64,000 nt of DNA from Clostridia bacterium (GTDB lineage Bacteria; Bacillota; Clostridia; Oscillospirales; CAG-272). Within the stretch, counting starts at the first letter, position 1. Every line of letters starts with the position of its first letter. The notes beneath the pieces were generated by a model. The model made no database searches. It was given only the letters and a program-made list of their open reading frames with translations, and was not told the DNA's origin. A program made the translations under genes and the position numbers. Shown piece by piece: positions 28,149 through 37,561 of the stretch. The DNA lies in the NCBI GenBank assembly GCA_017468385.1, contig JAFUIQ010000009.1, positions 68,614-132,613 of the forward strand, given 5' to 3'.

Positions 28149-29507
28149 TTAGTACGCTACACCCTGCCACTTCATGGCGGTAGCCACCTTCAGGAAGCCG
28201 GCGATGTTGGCACCTGCCACCAGGTCGCCTTCCATACCGTATTCCTTGGCAGCATCCAGAGATGCCTGATAGATGTTCTTCATGATGGTGCGAAGCTTTT
28301 CGTCCACTTCCTCCGCGCTCCAGCTGAGACGCATGGAGTTCTGGGTCATTTCCAGACCGGAAACGGCTACACCGCCGGCGTTAACAGCCTTGGAGGGAGC
28401 AACGACTACGCCGTTCTCCTTCAGATAAGCGATGGCCTCGTTGGTGGTGGGCATGTTGGAAACTTCCACGTAGTACTTCACGCCGTTTTCCACGATCTTC
28501 TTCGCGTCTTCCAGATGTACTTCGTTCTGGGTAGCGCAGGGCATGAGGATGTCTGCCTTAACGCCCCAGGGCTTCTGACCGGCGAAGAAGGGAACACCGA
28601 ACTTATCAGCATAATCCTGTACCTTGTTGCGGCCGGAAGAACGCATCTCCAGCATGTAATTGATCTTCTCGGGGGTGTTTACGCCGTTCTCGTCGTAGAT
28701 ATAGCCGTCGGGACCGGAGATAACAACAACCTTACCACCCAGCTCGGTGATCTTGGAAACGGTACCCCATGCTACGTTGCCGAAGCCGGAAACGACAAAG
28801 GTCTTGCCCTTGATTTCCTCGCCGAGAGTCTTCAGCATTTCTACGGTGTAGTATACAGCGCCGTAGCCGGTCGCCTCGGGACGGATCAGAGAGCCGCCGC
28901 TGGAGCGATCCTTACCGGTGAGCACGCCGCCGGAATACTCGTCGCGCAGTCTTCTGTACTGGCCCATCATGTAGCCGATCTCGCGAGAGCCAACGCCCAG
29001 GTCACCGGCGGGAACGTCGGTGTTGGGACCGATGTGCTTCTGCAGCTCGGTCATGAAGCTCTGGCAGAACCGCATGATTTCCTTATCGCTCTTACCGTTG
29101 GGATCAAAGTCGGCACCGCCCTTACCACCGCCCATAGGCAGGGAGGTCAGGGAGTTCTTGAAGGTCTGCTCGAAGCCCAGGAACTTCATGATAGACAGAT
29201 TTACGTTGGGTGCGAAACGGATACCGCCCTTGTAGGGACCGATGGCGGAGTTGAACTGTACGCGGTAGCCGCGGTTGACCTGCACCTTGCCGGCGTCGTC
29301 TACCCAGCTTACGCGGAACATAATAACGCGCTCGGGCTCAACCATGCGATCGAACACACCGGCCTCAATCAGGTCGGGACGTACATCAGCTACGGGAGAG
29401 AGGGATTCCAGCACCTCGGCTACGGTCTGAAGAAACTCCGGCTCGCCGGGGTTGCGTGCAGCCGTTCTCTCATACAAATTTGCAAGATATTCATTACGAA
29501 TTTTCAT
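28149..29507 (-). CDS. gdhA: NADP-specific glutamate dehydrogenase
   Basis: Glu/Leu/Phe/Val dehydrogenase motifs (LPMGGGKGGADFDP; GFGNVAW dinucleotide fold). 452 aa. Confidence 0.93.
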   Translation of the reverse strand: MKIRNEYLANLYERTAARNPGEPEFLQTVAEVLESLSPVADVRPDLIEAGVFDRMVEPERVIMFRVSWVDDAGKVQVNRGYRVQFNSAIGPYKGGIRFAPNVNLSIMKFLGFEQTFKNSLTSLPMGGGKGGADFDPNGKSDKEIMRFCQSFMTELQKHIGPNTDVPAGDLGVGSREIGYMMGQYRRLRDEYSGGVLTGKDRSSGGSLIRPEATGYGAVYYTVEMLKTLGEEIKGKTFVVSGFGNVAWGTVSKITELGGKVVVISGPDGYIYDENGVNTPEKINYMLEMRSSGRNKVQDYADKFGVPFFAGQKPWGVKADILMPCATQNEVHLEDAKKIVENGVKYYVEVSNMPTTNEAIAYLKENGVVVAPSKAVNAGGVAVSGLEMTQNSMRLSWSAEEVDEKLRTIMKNIYQASLDAAKEYGMEGDLVAGANIAGFLKVATAMKWQGVAY

Positions 29508-29809
29508 TTTTTCTGACTCCTTTCAGGATTTACTGGATTATTGTAGCACATTCTGAAAAAAAGTGCAATAGAGAATTGAGAATTTTGCATGAGATGAGGA
29601 AAATTTTTTCAAATTTTCAAAACGATTATCTCCTTTTGTGGAGAAATCTGTCATGCAAAAAAACAGAAAATAATTGGCTGTGCTATTGAAAATGTCTATG
29701 CCGTATTGTATAATAATAGTACATATGCTTATATAGACGGCGGCACCGGATCGTGCCGTCGTTTACATACATTTTTAGTCTTTCACTCCGGTGAAAAGAA
29801 TGGATCGAT

Positions 29810-31057
29810 ATGCCGAATTCAAACAATAAACATACTATACAGAGCCGGAAAAAAGCCGAGGAACAAAAACAGTCGCGCATGATTGTCATCACCGTCCTGG
29901 CGGCGTGCATTGCGCTGGCCTGGTGTCTGGTGGAGTTTCGCGGTGTGCTGTTCCGTCCGGCAGACGGACAGGACACGTCGGGTACCGCGCCCAAGGATAG
30001 TTATATCATAGAAAGCGGTGTTCCTGTGCCGCCGGATACTCCCGCCGATACATCGACGGATCCCGCGACGGATACGCCAGCTGTCCCAGATCACACCACG
30101 GAATCCGATCCGGATACATCTTTCCCCTTCGATACGGATCCTCTGGTGACGACGGATCCTCTGGTGACGACCGAACCTCCGGTAACGAATCCTCCGGCGA
30201 CGGAGCCACCGGCGACGGAGCCGCCGGTAACGAATCCACCGGCGACGGAGCCGCCGCAGACGGAACCTCCGGTAACCAATCCACCGGCAACGGAGCCGCC
30301 GCAGACAGAGCCTCCGGTAACCAATCCACCGGCAACGGAGCCACCGCAGACGGAGTCGCCGGTAACGAATCCTCCGGCAACGGAGCCACCGCAGACGGAG
30401 CCTCCGGTAACGAATCCTCCGGAAACCGAACCGCCGCAGATATTCCACCCGGTAAGAGTGCCTGAGTGCGAGACGGTGGACGACAACTTCTTCGCTGATG
30501 CTGTGTTTATCGGTGACTCGAGAACGGTTGGTCTGTCGCTGTGGTCTGGCCTGAAATCCAACTATTATTCCGAGGTTGGCCTGAACGTGTCCAGCGTACA
30601 GAAAAGAGCGTACGTGCCGTCGGGCGACAGCAAGCTTACCCTGGCCGAGGCATTGGCGCAGAGCCGTTTCACGAAGGTGTATCTGTCCTTCGGCATCAAT
30701 GAAATCGGCTGGTCGTCTACCAAGGCGTTTATCAGCACCTATACCAATCTGGTGAATCTGGTGAAGGAAAAACTGCCGGACGCGGACATCTATGTGCAGG
30801 CGATTCTGCCCATGTCGAAGAAAACCGCGGAATCCGATACATACAGCCCCATGGGCGGCAACGATAAGATTGCCGAGTACAACGAGGCACTGCTGGATTT
30901 GTGTGAATCCGAGGGCTTGTACTTTGTGGATCTATACGAGGTGTTTGCGGACGAAAACGGTGATCTGAATGCCACGGACAGCGGTGACGGCATCCACCTG
31001 GGCAGCAAATCCTACCATCGGTGGGCGGATTATCTCCGCACCCATGTTGTGAAGTAA
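29810..31057 (+). CDS. Membrane-anchored SGNH/GDSL hydrolase with a Pro/Thr-rich repetitive linker
   Basis: N-terminal TM (MIVITVLAACIALAWCLV). Linker of (PVTNPPATEPPQTEP)n. C-terminal blocks FIGDSRTVG, GINEIGW and DGIHL of the SGNH family. Confidence 0.85.
   Translation: MPNSNNKHTIQSRKKAEEQKQSRMIVITVLAACIALAWCLVEFRGVLFRPADGQDTSGTAPKDSYIIESGVPVPPDTPADTSTDPATDTPAVPDHTTESDPDTSFPFDTDPLVTTDPLVTTEPPVTNPPATEPPATEPPVTNPPATEPPQTEPPVTNPPATEPPQTEPPVTNPPATEPPQTESPVTNPPATEPPQTEPPVTNPPETEPPQIFHPVRVPECETVDDNFFADAVFIGDSRTVGLSLWSGLKSNYYSEVGLNVSSVQKRAYVPSGDSKLTLAEALAQSRFTKVYLSFGINEIGWSSTKAFISTYTNLVNLVKEKLPDADIYVQAILPMSKKTAESDTYSPMGGNDKIAEYNEALLDLCESEGLYFVDLYEVFADENGDLNATDSGDGIHLGSKSYHRWADYLRTHVVK
30133..30440 (+). 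repeat. In-frame tandem repeats inside the SGNH hydrolase gene
   Basis: 2 x 18 nt (acggatcctctggtgacg), then about 5.5 x 45 nt units (ccggtaacSaatccWccggcRacggagccRccgcagacRgaRcct) with point variants. Confidence 0.9.
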
Positions 31058-31089
31058 ACGATATTTTTCTGGAAAGGGAATCTGTATAC

Positions 31090-31611
31090 ATGCGCAATTA
31101 CGTGAGACTCGGCGCACTTTTGCTGATCGTTGTTCCCCTTTTGCTTGTGTTTTCCGGATGCGAGCAAGGCCCCGATACGGTGGATATCGCCTCTGTGAAT
31201 ATGAACGATATTACCCTGTCTGCCCCGGATCTGGCAAAGCATATGCTGGATACGCTGACCTTCGACGACGCTCTTGTGCCGGTGGATCCGGCCGTGGCGG
31301 AGCATATTTACTATGTGGCAGGGAAGTATACCGACATCGCCGCTTACAGCAGTACGGGCGCTACCGCGGAAGCTATTCTGGTGCTCCGTTGTGAAAGTGC
31401 ATCCGCTGCAGAAACAGCCGCCGCATCCGTGGAAAAATACCGCACGGAAATGGCGGAGGTGTACGCCGGCTACAACAAGAAGGAGTCCGGGAAGCTGACC
31501 GACGCCCTGCTGGTCTGCGACGGAAGGTACGTGGTGTTCTGCGTGTGTCCCGATACAGCGGCGGCCATGGATGCCTATCACGCCTACGTGGTGGCACAAG
31601 CGCAGAAGTAA
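31090..31611 (+). CDS. Lipoprotein (DUF4358-like by recollection)
   Basis: Signal peptide with lipobox LLLVFSGC. ATG 31090 is preferred over the track start at 31021. Confidence 0.7.
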   Translation: MRNYVRLGALLLIVVPLLLVFSGCEQGPDTVDIASVNMNDITLSAPDLAKHMLDTLTFDDALVPVDPAVAEHIYYVAGKYTDIAAYSSTGATAEAILVLRCESASAAETAAASVEKYRTEMAEVYAGYNKKESGKLTDALLVCDGRYVVFCVCPDTAAAMDAYHAYVVAQAQK

Positions 31612-31736
31612 ATACGTGAAAAATCCTGTAAAATCCGCATTTATGCTTGCATATGTGCGGATTTTGTGGTATACTTACCTTTGTGGGAATGTTTTGCTTC
31701 GTAAAGCAGGATTTCCCCTCAAATGAAGAACAAATT

Positions 31737-31981
31737 GCTGTGATGAAGTCCGCGATTTCGCGTGAGACCGACCCAGAGAGGATGGCCTTGGCTGTGAGCC
31801 GTCTGTCGGTTGCGGAAGAGCATTTCGCTTCGGAGCTTTCGGGATGAAGATGTTTGGTAGTCTCGGACGGGCGTTCCCGTTACAGAACGATTGAGTGTTG
31901 GCTCTTGCCGGAAATCGGGTGGTACCGCGGTGCGAATTTTCGCCTCGTCCCGTTTGTCGGCAGGGCTTATTTTATTTTTTT
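31737..31981 (+). promoter_or_regulatory. T-box leader (tRNA-Phe responsive, specifier UUC) with terminator
   Basis: Promoter TTGCAT-17-TATACT at 31647-31675. Stem I base with GA/K-turn GCUGUGAUGAAG (31737-48) pairs with CUUCGGAGC. AGAGAG box at 31775-80. By analogy with the glyQS architecture (GAA-codon-purine-CUUC), the specifier is UUC at 31824-26. T-box core AAAUCGGGUGGUACCGCG at 31912-29. Hairpin 31942-66 plus a long U-tract reaching 31981. Confidence 0.8.
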
Positions 31982-31992
31982 GGAGAGACGGT

Positions 31993-32736
31993 ATGCGCGT
32001 TTTGATCATTCGTCACGGCGATCCCTACTATCCCACGGATTCCCTGACGGAAAAAGGGCAGAGAGAGGCAAAGCTTCTTTCGGATCGGTTGGTGAAGGAA
32101 AACATCACCCACGCCTATGTTTCCCCCCTTGGACGTGCCAAGCTGACAGCGGCTCCCACCCTGGAGCGGCTCGGCATGGAGGCTACGGAATTGGAATGGC
32201 TGCGGGAATTCCCCGCCTTCCTGGAGGAGGAATTTGCCTATAAGATCCGGATGTTTTCCCAAAAAGTCCGGTGTCCCTGGAATATGCCGCCCCAGATCTG
32301 GGCAGACGTTCCAGGCATCAGTGATGCGGATGGATGGCGGGATGCACCCTTCTATCGGGACGGACGGATCCAGGCCCGGTACGATCTGGTGTGCCGCGGC
32401 TGGGACGATCTTCTCGCCGAGCACGGATACACCCGGGAGGGAAGTGTGTACCGCATTGCCGACGGCTGGGAGGAAAAGCACGAAACCATCGCACTGTTCT
32501 GCCATCTGGGGCTGGGCACGGCACTGCTGTCTCACATTATGCATTTGTCCCTCACCGCCATCTGGCATACGCTGTTTATGCCCACCTCGTCCGTTACCAC
32601 TGTGTTTATGGAGCGGCACCTGGACGATATTCCCTACGCCCACGCCCGGCTGATTTCCGTGGGTGACATATCCCATTTGTACGCCGGTGGAGAACCTATG
32701 TCCACCAGCGGACTGTTGACTGATTCGATTTTGTAA
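31993..32736 (+). CDS. Histidine phosphatase family protein (phosphoglycerate mutase-like)
   Basis: The N-terminal [10 protein letters not shown] is the RHG catalytic motif. GGAGAG SD. The track start at 31891 lies inside the T-box leader and is rejected. Confidence 0.8.
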   Translation: MRVLIIRHGDPYYPTDSLTEKGQREAKLLSDRLVKENITHAYVSPLGRAKLTAAPTLERLGMEATELEWLREFPAFLEEEFAYKIRMFSQKVRCPWNMPPQIWADVPGISDADGWRDAPFYRDGRIQARYDLVCRGWDDLLAEHGYTREGSVYRIADGWEEKHETIALFCHLGLGTALLSHIMHLSLTAIWHTLFMPTSSVTTVFMERHLDDIPYAHARLISVGDISHLYAGGEPMSTSGLLTDSIL

Positions 32737-32759
32737 ATCCAAATAAGGAGTTTATCATA

Positions 32760-33773
32760 ATGAAGGAAACACTTCTGAAAATGAAAGAAGAAGCCCTGGC
32801 GGCGCTGGCCGCGCCGGACGCAGATCTGGAAGCACTCCGCATCCGTTATCTGGGTAAAAAGGGTGAATTGACCGCCGTTCTGCGCGGCATGGGCAAGTTG
32901 AGCGCCGAGGAGCGTCCCGTGATCGGTCAGATCGCCAACGAAGTCCGTGAGGCCATCGAGAACGAACTGACCGCCCGTGCGCAGCAGCAGAAGACTGCCG
33001 CTCTGGCCGCCCGGCTGGCTGCGGAGAAGCTGGACGTAACCGTTCCCGGCACGGTGCCGGAGATCGGCCATATCCATCCTCTGGATCGCGTACAGCGGGA
33101 CATGGAGGAGATCTTCATCGGTATGGGATTCGATATCGTGGAAGGCCCGGAGGTGGAGTATGACTATTACAACTTCCAGGCGCTGAACATTCCGCCGGAT
33201 CACCCCGCCCGGGATACTCAGGATACGTTCTACATCACGGATAATATCCTGCTCCGCTCCCAGACATCCCCCGTGCAGGCCCGTACCATGGAGAAGCGCA
33301 AGCCCCCGATCCGCATCATCTCCCCCGGCCGCGTGTATCGCTCCGACGCCATGGATGCGACTCACTCCCCTTTGTTCCATCAGATGGAAGGCCTGGTTGT
33401 GGATAAGAACGTGACCATGGGTGATCTCAAGGGAACGCTGGAGATGTTCGCCAAGAAGATGTTCGGCGAGGAGACCAAGGTTCGTTTCCGTCCTCACCAC
33501 TTCCCGTTCACCGAGCCGTCCGCGGAGGTAGACGTGTCCTGCTTCGCCTGCGGCGGCAAGGGATGCCGTCTGTGCAAGGGTGAGGGCTGGATCGAGATTC
33601 TCGGCGCCGGCATGGTGCATCCCAACGTACTGCGTATGTGCGGCATCGATCCCGATGAGTACAGCGGATTTGCCTTCGGTATGGGCGTAGAGCGCGTCAC
33701 CATGCTGAAGTACCACATCGACGACATCCGCCATCTGTATGAGAACGATGTGCGGTTCCTGTCCCAGTTCTGA
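32760..33773 (+). CDS. pheS: Phenylalanine--tRNA ligase alpha subunit
   Basis: Canonical PheS class II motifs ([32 protein letters not shown]). Confidence 0.95.
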   Translation: MKETLLKMKEEALAALAAPDADLEALRIRYLGKKGELTAVLRGMGKLSAEERPVIGQIANEVREAIENELTARAQQQKTAALAARLAAEKLDVTVPGTVPEIGHIHPLDRVQRDMEEIFIGMGFDIVEGPEVEYDYYNFQALNIPPDHPARDTQDTFYITDNILLRSQTSPVQARTMEKRKPPIRIISPGRVYRSDAMDATHSPLFHQMEGLVVDKNVTMGDLKGTLEMFAKKMFGEETKVRFRPHHFPFTEPSAEVDVSCFACGGKGCRLCKGEGWIEILGAGMVHPNVLRMCGIDPDEYSGFAFGMGVERVTMLKYHIDDIRHLYENDVRFLSQF

Positions 33774-33793
33774 TCGGTAAGGAGGAGATACCT

Positions 33794-36214
33794 ATGAAAC
33801 TTTCTATGAAATGGCTGGCGGATTACACCGACGTCAGCGATATTGATATCAAAGCCTATTGCGACCGCATGACGGATACCGGCTCCAAGGTAGAGGGGTA
33901 CGACGTCCTGGCGGAGGATATTGAGAACGTGGTGGTGGGCAAGATCGTTTCCATCACCAAGCATGAGAATTCCGATCACTTGCAGATCTGCCAGCTGGAT
34001 TGCGGCGAGGGCGAGTTGCGCCAGATCGTAACCGGCGCGCAGAATGTGTTTGAGGGCGCCGTTGTTCCCGTGGCCAAGGCTCCCGCCAAAGTGCCCGGCG
34101 GCGTCACCATCAAGGCGGGCAAACTCCGCGGCGTGGCCTCCGACGGCATGCTTTGCTCCATAGCGGAGCTGGGTCTGACTACCCATGATATGCCCGGTGC
34201 CATCGAGGACGGTATTCTGATCCTGAACGACGTGGGCATGGCCGACGCCGAGATCGGTGCCGATATCCGCGATGTGCTGATGCTGAAGGATACGGTGGTG
34301 GAGTTTGAGATCACCTCCAACCGCCCCGATTGCCTGTCCATGATCGGTCTGGCAAGAGAGTCTGCGGTCAGCTTTGACCGTGCGTGGACACTGCCCACAC
34401 CGAAAAAGCCTTCTGTCAAGAACGACGGCGATTCCATCGATCGCTATCTGAATGTGGAAATCCGTGAGCCGGAATTGTGCTACCGCTACAGCGCCCGCGT
34501 GGTCAAGAACGTGAAGATCGCGCCCTCGCCTTTGTGGCTGCGGATGCGCCTGCGCGCGGCCGGCGTGCGCCCCATCAATAATATCGTAGATATTACCAAC
34601 TACGTTATGCTGGAGTATGGCCAGCCTATGCATGCCTTCGACTACGCCTGCCTGGACGGCAGCCGTATCATCGTTCGCTGTGCGGCAGAGGGCGATGAAT
34701 TCGTATCCCTGGATAATATTCCTCATACTCTGGACAACACCATGCTGGTCATCGCCGACGAGAAGAAGCCGGTGGCATTGGCCGGTGTTATGGGCGGTCT
34801 GAACAGCGAGATCACCGACGGCACAGCGACGGTCGTGTTCGAGAGTGCTATGTTCAAGGGTCCCAGCGTCCGCGTTTCCGGCAAGAAACTGGGTATGCGC
34901 ACCGAATCCTCCTCCCGCTTTGAGAAGGGACTGGATCGGGAAAATACCATGCCCGCACTGGATCGTGCCTGCGAACTGGTGGAACTGCTGGGCGCCGGTG
35001 AAGTGGTAGACGGCACCATCGATCAGTACCCCACCAAGGCGGAGCCCTACTCCCTGCCTCTGGAAACCGAGCGGATCAACCGCTTCCTGGGCGTGGATCT
35101 GAGCGAGGAATATATGGCCGAGATTCTCACCAAGCTGGAGTGCAAAGTGGAAAACGGCATCATCACCGTGCCCACCTTCCGTGACGATCTCCGCTGCCTG
35201 AACGATATCGCTGAGGAAGTGCTCCGCATCTACGGCTACACCAAGATCGAGTCCACCCCCCTGTCCGGCACCACCACCCAGGGCGGCCGCACCCCCCGTC
35301 AGCAGTACGATGTGCTTCTGCGGGATACCCTCTGCGGTATGGGCATGAGCGAAGCGGAGACCTTCTCCTTCATCAGCCCCAAGTATTACGATAAGATCCG
35401 CATGGCCGAGGACGATCCCCGCCGCGTGAGCGTGGTGATCTCCAATCCTCTCGGCGAGGATACCTCCGTGATGCGTACCACGGCCATCCCCTCCATGCTG
35501 GAGATGCTGCACAACAACTTCGCCGTCCGCAACAAGGACGTGAAGCTCTTCGAGATGGCCAGCATCTATATCCCTCATGCCAACGCGGAGGAGCTGCCCG
35601 ATGAAATGAAGCGCCTGGTGATCGGCTTCTACCTCAGCGATGCTAAGGATGCCTCCGGCTTCTACCGTATGAAAGGATATATCGAGGCACTTCTGGCAGT
35701 CGGCCATACCACCGGCGCGGAATATGCTCCCTGCACCACGGAAAACGTGTTCCATCCCGGCCGCTGCGCCACCGTTTCCGTGAACGGTGTGCAGATCGGT
35801 ATTTTCGGTGAGGTGCATCCCGAGGTTGCCGCCAATTACGGCATCGGCGCGCCCACCTATGTGGCACAGCTGGATTTTGATGCTATGTTTGAAGCACGCA
35901 TCGAGGTAGTGGAGTATGCGCCCCTGCCCAAGTATCCTGCCCTGGAGCGTGACTTCTCCTTCGTGTGCGATGAGGAAACTCCTGTGGCACAGCTGGAATC
36001 CTGCATGAAGCGGGCCGGCGGCGCTATGCTGGAGTCTGTGCGGTTGTTCGATATCTACCGCGGTCCCCAGATCGGCGAGGGCAAGAAGAGCGTGTCCTTT
36101 GCGGCTATGCTCCGTGCTGCTGAACGTACCCTTACCGATGAGGAAGCGGACGGCGCCGTCAAGAAGATTCTGAAGCGTCTGGAAGCCGAATGCGGCGCAG
36201 TTCTCAGAAGCTGA
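33794..36214 (+). CDS. pheT: Phenylalanine--tRNA ligase beta subunit
   Basis: 806 aa. N-terminal tRNA-binding domain (MKLSMKWLADY...), then B3/4, B5 and FDX-ACB-like regions. Confidence 0.95.
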   Translation: MKLSMKWLADYTDVSDIDIKAYCDRMTDTGSKVEGYDVLAEDIENVVVGKIVSITKHENSDHLQICQLDCGEGELRQIVTGAQNVFEGAVVPVAKAPAKVPGGVTIKAGKLRGVASDGMLCSIAELGLTTHDMPGAIEDGILILNDVGMADAEIGADIRDVLMLKDTVVEFEITSNRPDCLSMIGLARESAVSFDRAWTLPTPKKPSVKNDGDSIDRYLNVEIREPELCYRYSARVVKNVKIAPSPLWLRMRLRAAGVRPINNIVDITNYVMLEYGQPMHAFDYACLDGSRIIVRCAAEGDEFVSLDNIPHTLDNTMLVIADEKKPVALAGVMGGLNSEITDGTATVVFESAMFKGPSVRVSGKKLGMRTESSSRFEKGLDRENTMPALDRACELVELLGAGEVVDGTIDQYPTKAEPYSLPLETERINRFLGVDLSEEYMAEILTKLECKVENGIITVPTFRDDLRCLNDIAEEVLRIYGYTKIESTPLSGTTTQGGRTPRQQYDVLLRDTLCGMGMSEAETFSFISPKYYDKIRMAEDDPRRVSVVISNPLGEDTSVMRTTAIPSMLEMLHNNFAVRNKDVKLFEMASIYIPHANAEELPDEMKRLVIGFYLSDAKDASGFYRMKGYIEALLAVGHTTGAEYAPCTTENVFHPGRCATVSVNGVQIGIFGEVHPEVAANYGIGAPTYVAQLDFDAMFEARIEVVEYAPLPKYPALERDFSFVCDEETPVAQLESCMKRAGGAMLESVRLFDIYRGPQIGEGKKSVSFAAMLRAAERTLTDEEADGAVKKILKRLEAECGAVLRS

Positions 36215-36238
36215 AATAAAGGAAAGAAGGATGACAGT

Positions 36239-36811
36239 ATGAAAGCGTATGAAATGACTATTGCTGGGCTGAAGCGGGCTTTGCCCCTTTGCCCCATTGC
36301 AGAAGATTTGTACATCGGCGCATTCATCATCTTTGGTGATCCGGAACTGACCACGGCCTGCGCCAACGCGCTCCTGGCCAAGGCACCGGAATACGATTAC
36401 ATGATTACGGCGGAGGCCAAGGGCATTCCGCTGATCCATGAGATGGCGCGCCTGGCGGGCAATCAGAAGTATTTCATTGCTCGCAAAAAGGAGAAGCTGT
36501 ACATGCGGGATGTGTTCGCGGTGACCGTGAACTCCATCACTACCGAGGGTGAGCAGAAGCTGTACCTGGACGGCGCAGATGCGGAGCTCATGAAGGGTAA
36601 GCGCATTTTGGTGGTGGATGATGTGATCTCCACCGGCGAGTCCCTGGCCGCACTGGAGAAACTGGTGGCGGCCGCCGGCGGCAACATCGTCGGTCGTATG
36701 GCTATTCTGGCAGAGGGTGATGCCCAGGTCCGCGAGGATCTTACCTATCTGGAGAAACTGCCCCTGTTCCATGCCGACGGATCCATCGTGGCCGGCAGTG
36801 TCCACGAATAA
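36239..36811 (+). CDS. Phosphoribosyltransferase family protein (adenine PRTase-like)
   Basis: PRPP-binding motif ILVVDDVISTGESL. Confidence 0.8.
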   Translation: MKAYEMTIAGLKRALPLCPIAEDLYIGAFIIFGDPELTTACANALLAKAPEYDYMITAEAKGIPLIHEMARLAGNQKYFIARKKEKLYMRDVFAVTVNSITTEGEQKLYLDGADAELMKGKRILVVDDVISTGESLAALEKLVAAAGGNIVGRMAILAEGDAQVREDLTYLEKLPLFHADGSIVAGSVHE

Positions 36812-36828
36812 TATTTCCTGAAGAAAAA

Positions 36829-36867
36829 GGGGCTGTTGCAAGTAGATGCAACAGCCCCGAATTTTTA
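36829..36867 (+). terminator. Terminator of the pheST-PRTase operon
   Basis: 12-bp stem ggggctgttgca / tgcaacagcccc followed by gaattttt. Confidence 0.75.
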
Positions 36868-36978
36868 CGTTCGCGATGTAAAAATTCGAAATTTCGCAGA
36901 AATTTGTGGCGAGATTGCCCGTGTTTTTGCCCATGTCGGGCAAAAAATGGCCGCATCAGCGGCCAAGGGAAAGCTCGC

Positions 36979-37015
36979 GGAGGTGACGCATTGCTAAATG
37001 CGACACCTCCTTTTT
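36979..37015 (+). terminator. Second, orphan plus-strand terminator-like hairpin
   Basis: ggaggtgacgcatt-gcta-aatgcgacacctcc followed by ttttt. It lies 110 nt after the previous terminator and 15 nt from the stop of the convergent gene. Confidence 0.5.
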
Positions 37016-37029
37016 GTATGCTTGAAGTA

Positions 37030-37548
37030 TCAGGATACCTTGGCGATATCGGTGATGGTGATTTCCACCCGGATGAAACTGCTGCGCATGACGATATGCT
37101 TGTTCGGAGCCAGCGCGGTGGTGCCGTCCAGAAGGAATCCGTTGTCGCTCATGTAACCGGTTACGCGCAAAGTACCGGTCATATCGATGCGGGTAGCATC
37201 GCCGTTTTCGGGGGCATACGCCTGGGTGTATTTGCCGTTGGCATCTTCAAACATGAACAGCGCGGGAGTAACGGATACCGCGTCGGAGATTTCTCCCAGA
37301 TACTGCCCGGTGGTGTCCAGATAGAATTTCTCACCGGGGGCAAAATACTCCGTGGAAGAGTTTCGGATGTTCTCCACCTTGAAGGATACCACATATTCTT
37401 CCATGGTGATGGTACCGCCCAGAGAATTGCCCTCGCTTCCGATGAAGGTGCGAAGGGCCGCGCCCGCTATGCAAAGAACGACAGCAACAAGGATAAAGTA
37501 GTCAATGGCGTTCAGCTTTTTCTTTGTTTTGGTAGGATTGGAAGTCAT
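37030..37548 (-). CDS. DUF4330-like membrane-anchored protein (paralog A)
   Basis: MTSNPTKTKKKLNAIDYFILVAVVLCIAGAAL is a TM anchor followed by a beta-rich domain. Architecture and sequence resemble 39604..40095. ATG 37548. Confidence 0.65.
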   Translation of the reverse strand: MTSNPTKTKKKLNAIDYFILVAVVLCIAGAALRTFIGSEGNSLGGTITMEEYVVSFKVENIRNSSTEYFAPGEKFYLDTTGQYLGEISDAVSVTPALFMFEDANGKYTQAYAPENGDATRIDMTGTLRVTGYMSDNGFLLDGTTALAPNKHIVMRSSFIRVEITITDIAKVS

Positions 37549-37561
37549 GATCGGATTCCTT

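Noticed and set aside
31647-31992. Track ORFs 31647-31847 (66 aa) and the 5' extension of 31891-32736.
   Set aside because: They lie inside the T-box leader RNA. The phosphatase has a proper SD and ATG at 31993 directly after the T-box terminator.
33494-36943. A 1149-aa ORF on the minus strand, the longest in the track.
   Set aside because: It is entirely antisense to pheS/pheT and the PRTase gene, which carry unmistakable family motifs. It has no recognisable motifs and a Gly/Ala/His/Arg-rich composition typical of shadow frames in GC-rich coding DNA.
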